Source: a virus (lineage: Duplodnaviria; Caudoviricetes). From it: a stretch of DNA of 28,316 bases. The translations under genes were made by a program, and so were the position numbers. Under the pieces are notes generated by a model that made no database searches, had not been told where the DNA came from, and saw only the letters and a list, made by a program, of their open reading frames with translations. Positions 15,879 to 23,512 of this stretch are shown piece by piece; the first letter of the stretch is position 1, and each line of letters opens with the position of its first letter. The stretch lies in the IMG/VR virus record IMGVR_UViG_3300005077_001240, positions 1 through 28,316 of that record; one strand, 5' to 3'.

Positions 15879-17403
15879 TGCGTAGTGCCTCCAATCTATT
15901 CTCAGACCTTTTGATTATATCTTCACCCAGGCCTATCTTATACAGCTTAAGTTTTCTAATCAAATCAGATTCCTGTAGCTTAGGTTTCATCTTACCCCAT
16001 GCTACATGCCCTATACCTTTCTCATTACCCATGTGGTCTGTAGTTATACTCATAGGAGAGTGATTAGGAAGCATACGTGATGCAAACCTGTAAGACTCTG
16101 ACAGTTTGTCACCTACATTGTCGTGACCTGACACCACAGCCTGCATATGCTTCTTCTGCTTCTCTGCCTGTATAGCATTATACTTGGCTTTCAGTTCCAG
16201 GTCTGCTGTTTTCTGTGCATCTGCTTTCCGCTTATCCTTCCAATCCTTTATAGCCTTATACCCACGATAGCCACCATAAGCTAATCCGCCTATAGCTGCA
16301 GCGCCGGTTAAGCCTACCGCAGTCTTGCCTTTCCACCCCATATTATTATAATCTGCTTTCATCTTACCACCAAGATCCTGCATACCTTTCCCAAACCTAC
16401 TAGCACCCTCCTGTACTTTTCTAAAAAACCCAGGCTTGTAAGGCTGAACTTGCTTCAATGCAGGCTTATCAGTAGTCCAATCTAACTCAGCAGGCTTCTG
16501 TGGCGTAGGCTCAGGTGTAGTATCCAAAACACCCCAATCAAGGTTTTGCTGTACTTGTTTAGGATGATCAAACGAAGGTGCTACTGAACCTGTAGGTGCT
16601 GCTTTCTGACTTCTCTGTTGCCTCTGCTGTTCCTGTTGCTGCTTTTTCTGCTTTTTCTGCTTTTTCTGCAACTGCTGAAGGTGCTTCCATTGTTTCTGCT
16701 GTTCCTTTTCAGGATCAAATGTCGACTTGCCTAAGAAGAAACCTCCATCAAACCCATAGGTCATTATATGCTTATCAAAGAAAGTTCCGAAGTCGTTGAG
16801 TTTATGCTCTGACATCTTTTTAAAAGGAACATCAGGAGGATAGTAATGATAATTCTCCATCCCTGGTCGTATAACTTCAAATCTGTAGGCATCACTTAGT
16901 TTCTGTAAAGACTCTCTATGTGCCCGTGCTGCACGATATCCTGCCATGAATGATTCACCTTCTTTGTATTCTGGGTTGTCTGCATTCTCAGCAGTATGAG
17001 TATTGAAAGCCTTAAGGAACACATGTCGTTCTTTGCGTGTCTTCAAGGCTTTCTTGACATTGGGGTTTAAATGTTTAACTGATGGATAAGGCAATCCTAC
17101 CCTCCTGAACTTAATAACTTCTACATCTGGATCATCGCCGTAGTCATCCTTTACTTTGCTATGCAGCGACTTAACACTTCTAGGAGGTATACCGTGCTTA
17201 TGCAGTTCAGATACTTTGGTAGGCGTTACAGACTGAACCTTTACCTGCACACCCATAGGCCTGTTGCTATACGAGTGTGCATCATATACTGTGCCTGCTG
17301 TGTACTTACCACGCTCATCCCCTACCCTTATAGTTGTGTTCTTCGTGTTGTTTATCAAAGCCTTTTTATATGAACTGGGGAAATGCATGGAGTTATTAGA
17401 CAC
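15865..17403 (-). CDS. Multidomain protein: ASCH-like domain, ChaB-like domain, Q-rich region and Gly/Ala helix module
   Basis: MHFP..Y..AL....KNTTIRVG is ASCH-like. LPYPSVKHLNPNVKKAL.....VFLKAFN....EGESFMAGYRAA is ChaB-like. Tags are KLSDAYRFE and KLSESYRFAS. Confidence 0.7.
   Translation of the reverse strand: MSNNSMHFPSSYKKALINNTKNTTIRVGDERGKYTAGTVYDAHSYSNRPMGVQVKVQSVTPTKVSELHKHGIPPRSVKSLHSKVKDDYGDDPDVEVIKFRRVGLPYPSVKHLNPNVKKALKTRKERHVFLKAFNTHTAENADNPEYKEGESFMAGYRAARAHRESLQKLSDAYRFEVIRPGMENYHYYPPDVPFKKMSEHKLNDFGTFFDKHIMTYGFDGGFFLGKSTFDPEKEQQKQWKHLQQLQKKQKKQKKQQQEQQRQQRSQKAAPTGSVAPSFDHPKQVQQNLDWGVLDTTPEPTPQKPAELDWTTDKPALKQVQPYKPGFFRKVQEGASRFGKGMQDLGGKMKADYNNMGWKGKTAVGLTGAAAIGGLAYGGYRGYKAIKDWKDKRKADAQKTADLELKAKYNAIQAEKQKKHMQAVVSGHDNVGDKLSESYRFASRMLPNHSPMSITTDHMGNEKGIGHVAWGKMKPKLQESDLIRKLKLYKIGLGEDIIKRSENRLEALRNDYR
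16639..16669. repeat. 9-bp tandem repeat (CTGCTTTTT x3.4) encoding QKKQKKQKKQ
   Basis: Directly visible inside a Gln-rich tract. Confidence 0.85.
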
Positions 17404-17641
17404 AGAAATATACCTTCTTTACAGGGTACGTTTCATAAAATCTACTGAGGGGAGTTGTGTTGTTTACTTCGCTATTACTGTCCCTGATTATAACCTCCAT
17501 GCCATATACCTTATCGCTATTGTAAGGCAATAATTCCTTCACCCGACTATACTCTTCCTCCGACAGCACAACCCTAGCAGGCTTTGCCAATGCAGTCCTG
17601 TGATACTCCTTCATATAATCAACAATATCATCTGTAATCAT
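17396..17641 (-). CDS. Hypothetical protein
   Basis: Start moved to the ATG at 17641 (MITDDIVDY...), preceded by a GGAAGGTGG RBS. The stop overlaps the next gene start. Confidence 0.65.
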   Translation of the reverse strand: MITDDIVDYMKEYHRTALAKPARVVLSEEEYSRVKELLPYNSDKVYGMEVIIRDSNSEVNNTTPLSRFYETYPVKKVYFCV

Positions 17642-17662
17642 AGCAGCACACACCACCTTCCA

Positions 17663-17700
17663 TATAGTTATAGTATCTAACAATTAGGCAATTTTGTCAA
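17663..17700 (-). promoter_or_regulatory. Putative sigma70/sigmaA-type promoter for the head operon
   Basis: TTGACA-17 nt-GATACT, overlapped by TATAACTATA (a one-mismatch variant of the TATAACTTTA element), directly after a terminator. Confidence 0.5.
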
Positions 17701-17712
17701 GACTAAAGCTGT

Positions 17713-17744
17713 AAATAAAAATACCCTCAGTCGCCTGAAGGTAT
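17713..17744 (-). terminator. Intrinsic terminator
   Basis: Minus strand reads ATACCTTCAG-GCGA-CTGAGGGTAT (GNRA tetraloop, one G-U pair) followed by TTTTATTT. Confidence 0.85.
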
Positions 17745-17775
17745 CTCTCTATAGTACAATGTATATTATTACAAC

Positions 17776-17994
17776 TTAACCTTCTACAAGTTCTATCTCA
17801 CCTATCTCTGTAACCTGGACTACTTCTTTTACCCGTGGCACATGATCAGTGTTTCCGGTTGTTTTAAGTGCAAAGTATTTACCCTCTTCACGTGCAGCAG
17901 CCTCAGTATGAGGATCGCATATACCCATCTCTCGCTGCATAGCCAGCTTCTTCCGCCAATGCTGTGGATCATTTTCGTTAAAGTAGTATTCCAT
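17776..17994 (-). CDS. Hypothetical protein
   Basis: 72 aa, AAGGCGGGGAG RBS, followed by a terminator. Confidence 0.7.
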   Translation of the reverse strand: MEYYFNENDPQHWRKKLAMQREMGICDPHTEAAAREEGKYFALKTTGNTDHVPRVKEVVQVTEIGEIELVEG

Positions 17995-18014
17995 CTGTTT
18001 ACTCCCCGCCTTTC

Positions 18015-18179
18015 TTACTTGTTTTTCTCCATAAGCTTACAGTAACCATACCCAGGAGGGTTCTCTCTCCATGCCTCACAACCCTCCTTGCAGCAGTCAA
18101 CTACCACAAAATCACCCTTTTCTTTTGGATCTGCTGAAGGAACTACCTTAGACAATATAGGGCACATCTTTGCCATCAT
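18015..18179 (-). CDS. Small Cys-rich hypothetical protein (not in the ORF track)
   Basis: 54 aa, MMAKMCPILS...DCCKEGCEAW...GYGYCKL. ATGA overlap with the upstream gene; GAGGTG RBS. Confidence 0.65.
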   Translation of the reverse strand: MMAKMCPILSKVVPSADPKEKGDFVVVDCCKEGCEAWRENPPGYGYCKLMEKNK

Positions 18180-18394
18180 GCACCTCTCCGCCACACATAC
18201 TTCGTAACCATGTGAGGCTCATCCCATTCTGCAGTGTATGTAGCACCACACTCACACATCTTATACGTTACAGCTTCACGTATATCAAAATGATGCCTGC
18301 TACAGAATGGGCAAGCCTTTGCTGCTGAAATACTCAACCACACTACCATATTCCTTTCATCACCTGAACTCTTCTCCATTACTTCATTGCTCAT
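18176..18394 (-). CDS. Zinc-ribbon-like hypothetical protein
   Basis: CPFC...CECG motif; coupled to neighbouring genes. Confidence 0.65.
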   Translation of the reverse strand: MSNEVMEKSSGDERNMVVWLSISAAKACPFCSRHHFDIREAVTYKMCECGATYTAEWDEPHMVTKYVWRRGA

Positions 18395-18599
18395 TGTTCG
18401 CTACCTCCCTTTCGTACATCTTATTCAGCCTTTTCTGCATCAACCGGGGCTTATAGCATTTAGCTATAGGACTCTTATCATAGCACTCAGGTACATTGTC
18501 ATCTATAACTATATCTACACCCCACATCTCCTGCATCTCACCCAGCACCTGTGGCGGTATCCCTGTAGTATGCCCCACATACTGCAACCAGGAATCCAT
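18384..18599 (-). CDS. Hypothetical protein
   Basis: 71 aa; starts directly after the upstream stop codon. Confidence 0.6.
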   Translation of the reverse strand: MDSWLQYVGHTTGIPPQVLGEMQEMWGVDIVIDDNVPECYDKSPIAKCYKPRLMQKRLNKMYEREVANNEQ

Positions 18600-18911
18600 T
18601 CAGACTTTATTAACTCTGTCGGCTGCTCTTTCTGCTGCTCGTTTCTGCTGTCTGGTAAGCTTGACACCGGATGTCACCTCCTTCTTCAGCTTCTCTTGCT
18701 CTATAGCTTTATTCAGCTTATCTGCCTGCTCAGGTAAAGAACTTTTAAGGTCTATAACTTTATGTAGCTCCCCCAGCACCACTTGCACGTTACTGTTCTC
18801 CTTCTCATACAGAGGCAGCAGCTTCTCTGGATTGAGCAGCTTCAGTGGTTTTTTTGGTCTGTTCATTTCCCTGAACAGGTCTACGTATTCGTTCATTTTG
18901 CTATTATGCAT
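18600..18911 (-). CDS. Hypothetical protein (coiled-coil, TRQQKRA tail)
   Basis: 103 aa; AGGAGG RBS. Confidence 0.7.
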   Translation of the reverse strand: MHNSKMNEYVDLFREMNRPKKPLKLLNPEKLLPLYEKENSNVQVVLGELHKVIDLKSSLPEQADKLNKAIEQEKLKKEVTSGVKLTRQQKRAAERAADRVNKV

Positions 18912-19125
18912 AATGCATTTTACCTCCTGTCAATATTGCTAAAATCCTATACTCTTGCATAAGCCTTACTTTACTATATAGTTCTTCATAGGTTACACGT
19001 TTAGGTATTACATCTTGAGGTGGCTTAGGGACCACATACACAATCTTTTGATCGAGCAGCTTATTATCGTGATACATAAAGTGGTGCCACTGCCTGTGCT
19101 GCCTGAACACATCCTCCCTATACAT
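18904..19125 (-). CDS. Hypothetical protein
   Basis: 73 aa; overlaps both neighbours by 8 nt. Confidence 0.6.
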   Translation of the reverse strand: MYREDVFRQHRQWHHFMYHDNKLLDQKIVYVVPKPPQDVIPKRVTYEELYSKVRLMQEYRILAILTGGKMHYA

Positions 19126-19321
19126 CTATCACACTCCCATACTTCTCCATGCAATCTAACTCAGGATCCTCCTCCTCCAGCTTCTCCAACACAAAAGCCA
19201 ATGCTCTTATAGCTTTAGCCGGTGTACTGGATGTAGAATTAACATATCCCCTGGTAGGTATACCACACTCTGCAGTAAACAGGTCTGCTCGTTCTGTTAC
19301 TCTTACTACTAATACTCTCAT
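19118..19321 (-). CDS. Hypothetical protein
   Basis: 67 aa; AAGGAG RBS. Confidence 0.6.
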   Translation of the reverse strand: MRVLVVRVTERADLFTAECGIPTRGYVNSTSSTPAKAIRALAFVLEKLEEEDPELDCMEKYGSVIDV

Positions 19322-19486
19322 TTGTTACCATCTCCTTTTCTATTAAATCCTGTGTTATATCTTTAACTCTAAGCAACAGTGTAGCAGCATGCTCAATCTG
19401 TATCAGGACAACCACATAAACCTCGCTCTCTCTTTGATATTAAGTTAAGTATCATACGTGTAGGTATGCTGCTTCTTTTGAAACCA

Positions 19487-21181
19487 CTACCATCTGTAGA
19501 CTGCTTCATCTGACTCCTCACTTCCTGCAGGTTGGCTATACATATCTGCATAGAATGAATCAACCGCTACTGGTGTCATTGCAGATATAGACTTGCTCTT
19601 CTTCAGGTCTTCGTAGTCTGTTGAACTGAACAGCAGACTACCCAGACCACAATACTTACGTGCTGCTTCACGTGCAAACCACATAGCCATAATGTAGTCT
19701 GTTGTATCTGAAAATGGATACAGCTTCATCTCTCTTATCCAGTTACACCATGGGCAATCACACAATGTATCATGTGTGTCTATATCTTTAGTGCAGAACT
19801 TCCACATGTTATTCTTTAGCTCTATCTCCATCCCAGGCACACCTATCACAGGATTAGACTTTTGCTTACCAGTCATGAACCCTTCTATAGGCATAGACGG
19901 TATGTTGTTTCTCTTTATCTCCTGTGCTATCCACTGTAAAATTGCTTCTTGCAGTGCATTGTTCTCTACATATATAGCCATAGGTCGGTAGAGTCTGTAT
20001 ACTTCTACTATGTTATCTGCAACTTCAGGTGATGTCCACTTACCTGATCGTATGTCTACAGGAACCATCACCCCTTCATCCTGCACTACAGCCATAGTGA
20101 AGATAACATTACCTGGGCGCTTCTGTGATGATAGGTCAACACCAGTTACAAAGTTTACCGCTATCTTGTCACTGTCATCTGCTATTCTTCTCTTCAGGTG
20201 TGCTATGTAGTCTTCCACTGACTGCTCATTGTCACAACATTGACTGAAGTTCTGAAATATCAAATCTCTATGTGAGAATGGTTTACAGTGATAGCCACGT
20301 GCAAAGTCTGCATCTGTCATAACTGTCTTCTTGACTAACAGTGCTTCCTTATTCCATTTCTCTTCCCATAAAGGTATATAGAATGAATTTGTTACTGGGT
20401 TGATATACTCGTAACATGGATGTGTGTGATCAATATGCTTAAACTTTACTTCTATCCCTTCCAGGCTATCAGTCACTGCCATCATACAGAATGACCATTG
20501 CGGATTGTCTATTGTCTCTGCTGTGTTATCTGTATCTGTCCATGGTGTTGCTACATAGATAGCAAACCCACTTGGTTCTATACGTGACAACCATGTTCCT
20601 GAGAACATCTGTTTGACTTTAGGTTGTTCTGCTGGATTAAGTAGTGTGTTACCCATATCTACTATGTCATCGAATATCATAATATCTGCTCTACCGCCCA
20701 GACCTGATGACATTATACCCCATGCTTCTACTGATGCATCTTTAGACTTTGATGCACGTTCTATGGAAAACTGGTGTTTTTGCCATTCATCCTTCATATT
20801 GGAATGTACCATCTTACCCAGTTTCCTGTTAAAGTATGCTGACTTGTATGCTGGTTTTACTTCTGGTGCTAATGCTTGATAGTCAGTATCCTGTTCTACA
20901 TACTTCTTTATAGATGTAACTCTGTCTTTAGCGTTATCATTGCTGTTGCATATTATCTTTATTCTGTAGTTCTGGTCTTCTGCGAGGTAGTAGAGGGTCA
21001 TACTTACTATCACATTCTCTGTCTTACCTAAACCCATAGGCGCTATTATTCCAGCATACTTGCCGTGATCTCTACACCACTGTATGTGTTCGTGCCAAAT
21101 TTCATGTATGATGTGATTCTTTACTGGTACACCCTTTTCATCTTTCAGGAACTGTTCAGTGAACCATGAAGTAGTTGCCAT
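19487..21181 (-). CDS. terL: Terminase large subunit
   Basis: Walker A APMGLGKT, GLGGRADIMIFDD Walker B, ATPW motif III. RNase H-like nuclease motifs TGVDLS, IYVENNALQ and DYIMAMWFA. Confidence 0.93.
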   Translation of the reverse strand: MATTSWFTEQFLKDEKGVPVKNHIIHEIWHEHIQWCRDHGKYAGIIAPMGLGKTENVIVSMTLYYLAEDQNYRIKIICNSNDNAKDRVTSIKKYVEQDTDYQALAPEVKPAYKSAYFNRKLGKMVHSNMKDEWQKHQFSIERASKSKDASVEAWGIMSSGLGGRADIMIFDDIVDMGNTLLNPAEQPKVKQMFSGTWLSRIEPSGFAIYVATPWTDTDNTAETIDNPQWSFCMMAVTDSLEGIEVKFKHIDHTHPCYEYINPVTNSFYIPLWEEKWNKEALLVKKTVMTDADFARGYHCKPFSHRDLIFQNFSQCCDNEQSVEDYIAHLKRRIADDSDKIAVNFVTGVDLSSQKRPGNVIFTMAVVQDEGVMVPVDIRSGKWTSPEVADNIVEVYRLYRPMAIYVENNALQEAILQWIAQEIKRNNIPSMPIEGFMTGKQKSNPVIGVPGMEIELKNNMWKFCTKDIDTHDTLCDCPWCNWIREMKLYPFSDTTDYIMAMWFAREAARKYCGLGSLLFSSTDYEDLKKSKSISAMTPVAVDSFYADMYSQPAGSEESDEAVYRW

Positions 21182-21186
21182 CGTAT

Positions 21187-21469
21187 CTACTCTCCTCTGT
21201 CAAGGTAACGCATTATCTGTTTATGCTGTTCTTTCTCTATCTCCAGATATCCATGTAATTGCTGTATGTTCTTATCCTCTATCTGCTTTATCTGCTCAGC
21301 ACCGTCAATTATGTTCTTATATAGTTTATGTATGTGTTCTACTACACAATCAGCCGAACATAACCACAGTGTTTCTGTATCTATAGTATCTACCTTGATA
21401 CCCTGCACTTTCTATGAGAGGTAATCCACATACATAACACACTCTACCTTCCGGTATATTTTCACTCAT
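21187..21469 (-). pseudogene. Zinc-finger (CxxC...CSxxC) protein split by a 1-nt frameshift
   Basis: The ATG at 21469 (GGAGG RBS) reads MSENIPEGRVCYVCGLPLIE. The +1 frame continues VQGIKVD...LWLCSADC...GE*. The junction is ATA GAA A GTG at about 21409. Confidence 0.55.
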
Positions 21470-21471
21470 GG

Positions 21472-21693
21472 TTATAGCCCTCCATCTTTTCTATACCTTC
21501 TCATACATTTCTTGCAGCAATCTGTTGGATGCTTGGTTGGTTTCCTGTAATCCAGCTTATGCCCACATGCTGTTCTGAATATGAATCTATCGTGATGCCA
21601 GAACTGCCATGTCAGGTAGTGATACTTCTCTGTTGAACCCTGCATCCACTTCTCATCATATACATACTTGTGTGATAGTGTGTTCTCTGTCAT
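21472..21693 (-). CDS. Hypothetical protein (H/C-rich, possible Zn-binding)
   Basis: YHY...TACG...CKKC motif; ATGA overlap. Confidence 0.65.
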   Translation of the reverse strand: MTENTLSHKYVYDEKWMQGSTEKYHYLTWQFWHHDRFIFRTACGHKLDYRKPTKHPTDCCKKCMRRYRKDGGL

Positions 21694-22181
21694 CTGTATT
21701 TCTCCAGCATCTGTTCCATCTCTTCTGTTATTGTGCTATACACCTTACCAGATTCTATTGCCTCTGTTTCAGTATGTATTCTATGATTCATTGCACTGTG
21801 CCATCTCTGTATGTAGGCAAGCATATCCTTTGCTGCTTCTCTGTAGAAGTCTATATTCTTTGGTATGATTACTCCAACAGTATCCAGCCTACACACATCA
21901 TAGCCTGTGTGGTTGTGTATAGCTGAGTATGAGTCTACGTCCATACCTATATAGGGTGTTGTATCTTTTATAGTGGTAAGATGATAGGAGTGCTTAGTGG
22001 GTATTTCCACGTACTCTTCTACTGTGTAACATCTCTCATCGTATATATCTTTAAGCTTAGCTGCTACTTCTTCACGCAGTATTGGAAGAAATACATTGTA
22101 GAGTGTTACATGTGTATCGTTGGTTGCATTATAGAACATAGCTGACCATTCTCTGTCTTTGAACCTGTAAGCTACTTTCAT
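21690..22181 (-). CDS. Hypothetical protein
   Basis: 163 aa; AAGGAGG RBS. Confidence 0.75.
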   Translation of the reverse strand: MKVAYRFKDREWSAMFYNATNDTHVTLYNVFLPILREEVAAKLKDIYDERCYTVEEYVEIPTKHSYHLTTIKDTTPYIGMDVDSYSAIHNHTGYDVCRLDTVGVIIPKNIDFYREAAKDMLAYIQRWHSAMNHRIHTETEAIESGKVYSTITEEMEQMLEKYR

Positions 22182-22182
22182 G

Positions 22183-22368
22183 TTACAGTGCCTCCTTCTT
22201 TACCTTCTTTGGTTTCTTAAAGAATGCTCTGAAATGCTCGTTCAGTGCTGTATCACATTCCTTACACAGGTATATATCTTCATCCTTATCTGCTATCATC
22301 CAGCACTGATAGTCATCAGTATACTTACCGCACTTCTTGCATTTCTTCTTTGGCAGTTCTCCTATCAT
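22183..22368 (-). CDS. Small CxxC...CxxC zinc-finger protein
   Basis: CKKCG...LCKEC; ATGA overlap with the upstream gene. Confidence 0.7.
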   Translation of the reverse strand: MIGELPKKKCKKCGKYTDDYQCWMIADKDEDIYLCKECDTALNEHFRAFFKKPKKVKKEAL

Positions 22369-22661
22369 TCTTGCCACAACCTCCCTGTATTTATAGCATG
22401 TGCTATCATAGCCTGCCTCCTCCTCAGTATATCCTGCTGCTTAAGTATAGCTGCTTTCATATCTGGAGGCATAGGCTGACCTGCCTCTGGGTATGCATAA
22501 TTTCTCTTAGGTGAAAATATCACACAGTCCATATGATAGTGTTGATCAATACCCTTAAACATTTTTGGATTAGGCACTATAATATAGTGCTGTCTGTCTG
22601 TGCGTATCTCTTGCTTACACACGTCACATACTATTACTTCATCTACCTTCGGAATTAACAT
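22365..22661 (-). CDS. Zinc-finger-like hypothetical protein
   Basis: CDVC...HYHMDC; start moved to the ATG at 22661, which has an AAGGAGG RBS. Confidence 0.7.
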   Translation of the reverse strand: MLIPKVDEVIVCDVCKQEIRTDRQHYIIVPNPKMFKGIDQHYHMDCVIFSPKRNYAYPEAGQPMPPDMKAAILKQQDILRRRQAMIAHAINTGRLWQE

Positions 22662-22828
22662 TTTCTCCTCCTTAGCAAACATCGCTTAGCACCTCTGCTC
22701 TCTGGTTCATTAACTGTGCATTCATTCTTTGGCGGCTCATCATCAGATACTTTAAACAACCGTGCAATAACCAATGGCCCCAAACCAAACACACACAGTA
22801 TTATGATTATAGTTATAAGTTCTGTCAT
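22655..22828 (-). CDS. Small single-pass membrane protein (not in the ORF track)
   Basis: 57 aa, MTELITIIIILCVFGLGPLVIARLF...; ATGA overlap with the upstream gene; fills the gap exactly. Confidence 0.6.
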   Translation of the reverse strand: MTELITIIIILCVFGLGPLVIARLFKVSDDEPPKNECTVNEPESRGAKRCLLRRRKC

Positions 22829-22998
22829 TTAACAAACCACTTCCTTAAATGGAAGCCCCACCTGTCTGTCCTGTCGTTGGGGTTCTTCTCTTCTTTCTTC
22901 TCTACAGCTTTAGGTCCGTCTGACCAATCTATCCTGTCATAGTTGTCTCTGTATTCTTCTGTTGAATCAGAGTAGATGTTCTTAGCTGTTTCTCGCAT
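22825..22998 (-). CDS. Hypothetical protein (YRDNYDRIDW motif)
   Basis: AGAAGGAGG RBS before the ATG at 22998. Confidence 0.65.
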   Translation of the reverse strand: MRETAKNIYSDSTEEYRDNYDRIDWSDGPKAVEKKEEKNPNDRTDRWGFHLRKWFVK

Positions 22999-23512
22999 AG
23001 TACCTCCTTCTAGCTTCACTTAGTTTTTTCTTTGTTTCTTCTGTGTGATTCCTGCCACTCCAGTAATTACCCCTACCCTTTTTTGCTGCACTTATTTTAC
23101 TCTTTGTTTCCTCTGTATGCTTAGTTCCATATCTAGGATGTTGCTCCCCTACTATAAGTTTCTTAGCATCACTCATCTTCTTTATAGCTTCTTCAGGCAT
23201 CTTCTTACCCAGCCAAAACTTACTGGTATTACCAACAGTATCCCTGTCTTTGGCATTGTCTTTAACAGTACCCGCATACAAGTGATTAGGATTGCAACAA
23301 TCTCTTCTGCAGCAAGGAGGCTTATGGCACACAATAAGACCATCAGGTATTTCACCTATAAAATAAGTATAGAATAATCTGTGTGTCATCCACTGTTTTT
23401 TATTCCATTGTATATAACCGTAACCACCTTTATTAATCCTATCACCACAAATCCAATGATTGCCTTCTATCACAGTAACCATTGAGTATAGCCTTAGCTG
23501 ATCTTTATTCAA
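22982..23512 (-). CDS. HNH homing endonuclease with NUMOD3 repeats
   Basis: WI.G....GGYG....HRL.Y....G.IP.GL.VCH...C....CCNPNHL..GT..DN..D, followed by three GKK/HTEETK.K.S repeats. Confidence 0.9.
   Translation of the reverse strand: MNKDQLRLYSMVTVIEGNHWICGDRINKGGYGYIQWNKKQWMTHRLFYTYFIGEIPDGLIVCHKPPCCRRDCCNPNHLYAGTVKDNAKDRDTVGNTSKFWLGKKMPEEAIKKMSDAKKLIVGEQHPRYGTKHTEETKSKISAAKKGRGNYWSGRNHTEETKKKLSEARRRYYARNS

Noticed and set aside
4047-17403. Graspetide/RiPP cluster (ATP-grasp enzyme plus repeated precursor cores)
   Set aside because: The enzyme is PurD-like rather than RimK/MvdD-like, there are no TxKxPSD-type cores or transporter, and the context is capsid assembly.
19322-19486. Possible small gene or RNA in the 165-nt gap after terL
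   Set aside because: It contains only short ORFs without a convincing RBS or start, and no clear hairpin.
22161-22181. AYRF at the start of the 21690-22181 ORF (and KLSE in the HNH gene) as further tag copies
   Set aside because: These are isolated matches outside the head operon and probably chance. They show that the short tag needs a statistical enrichment test.
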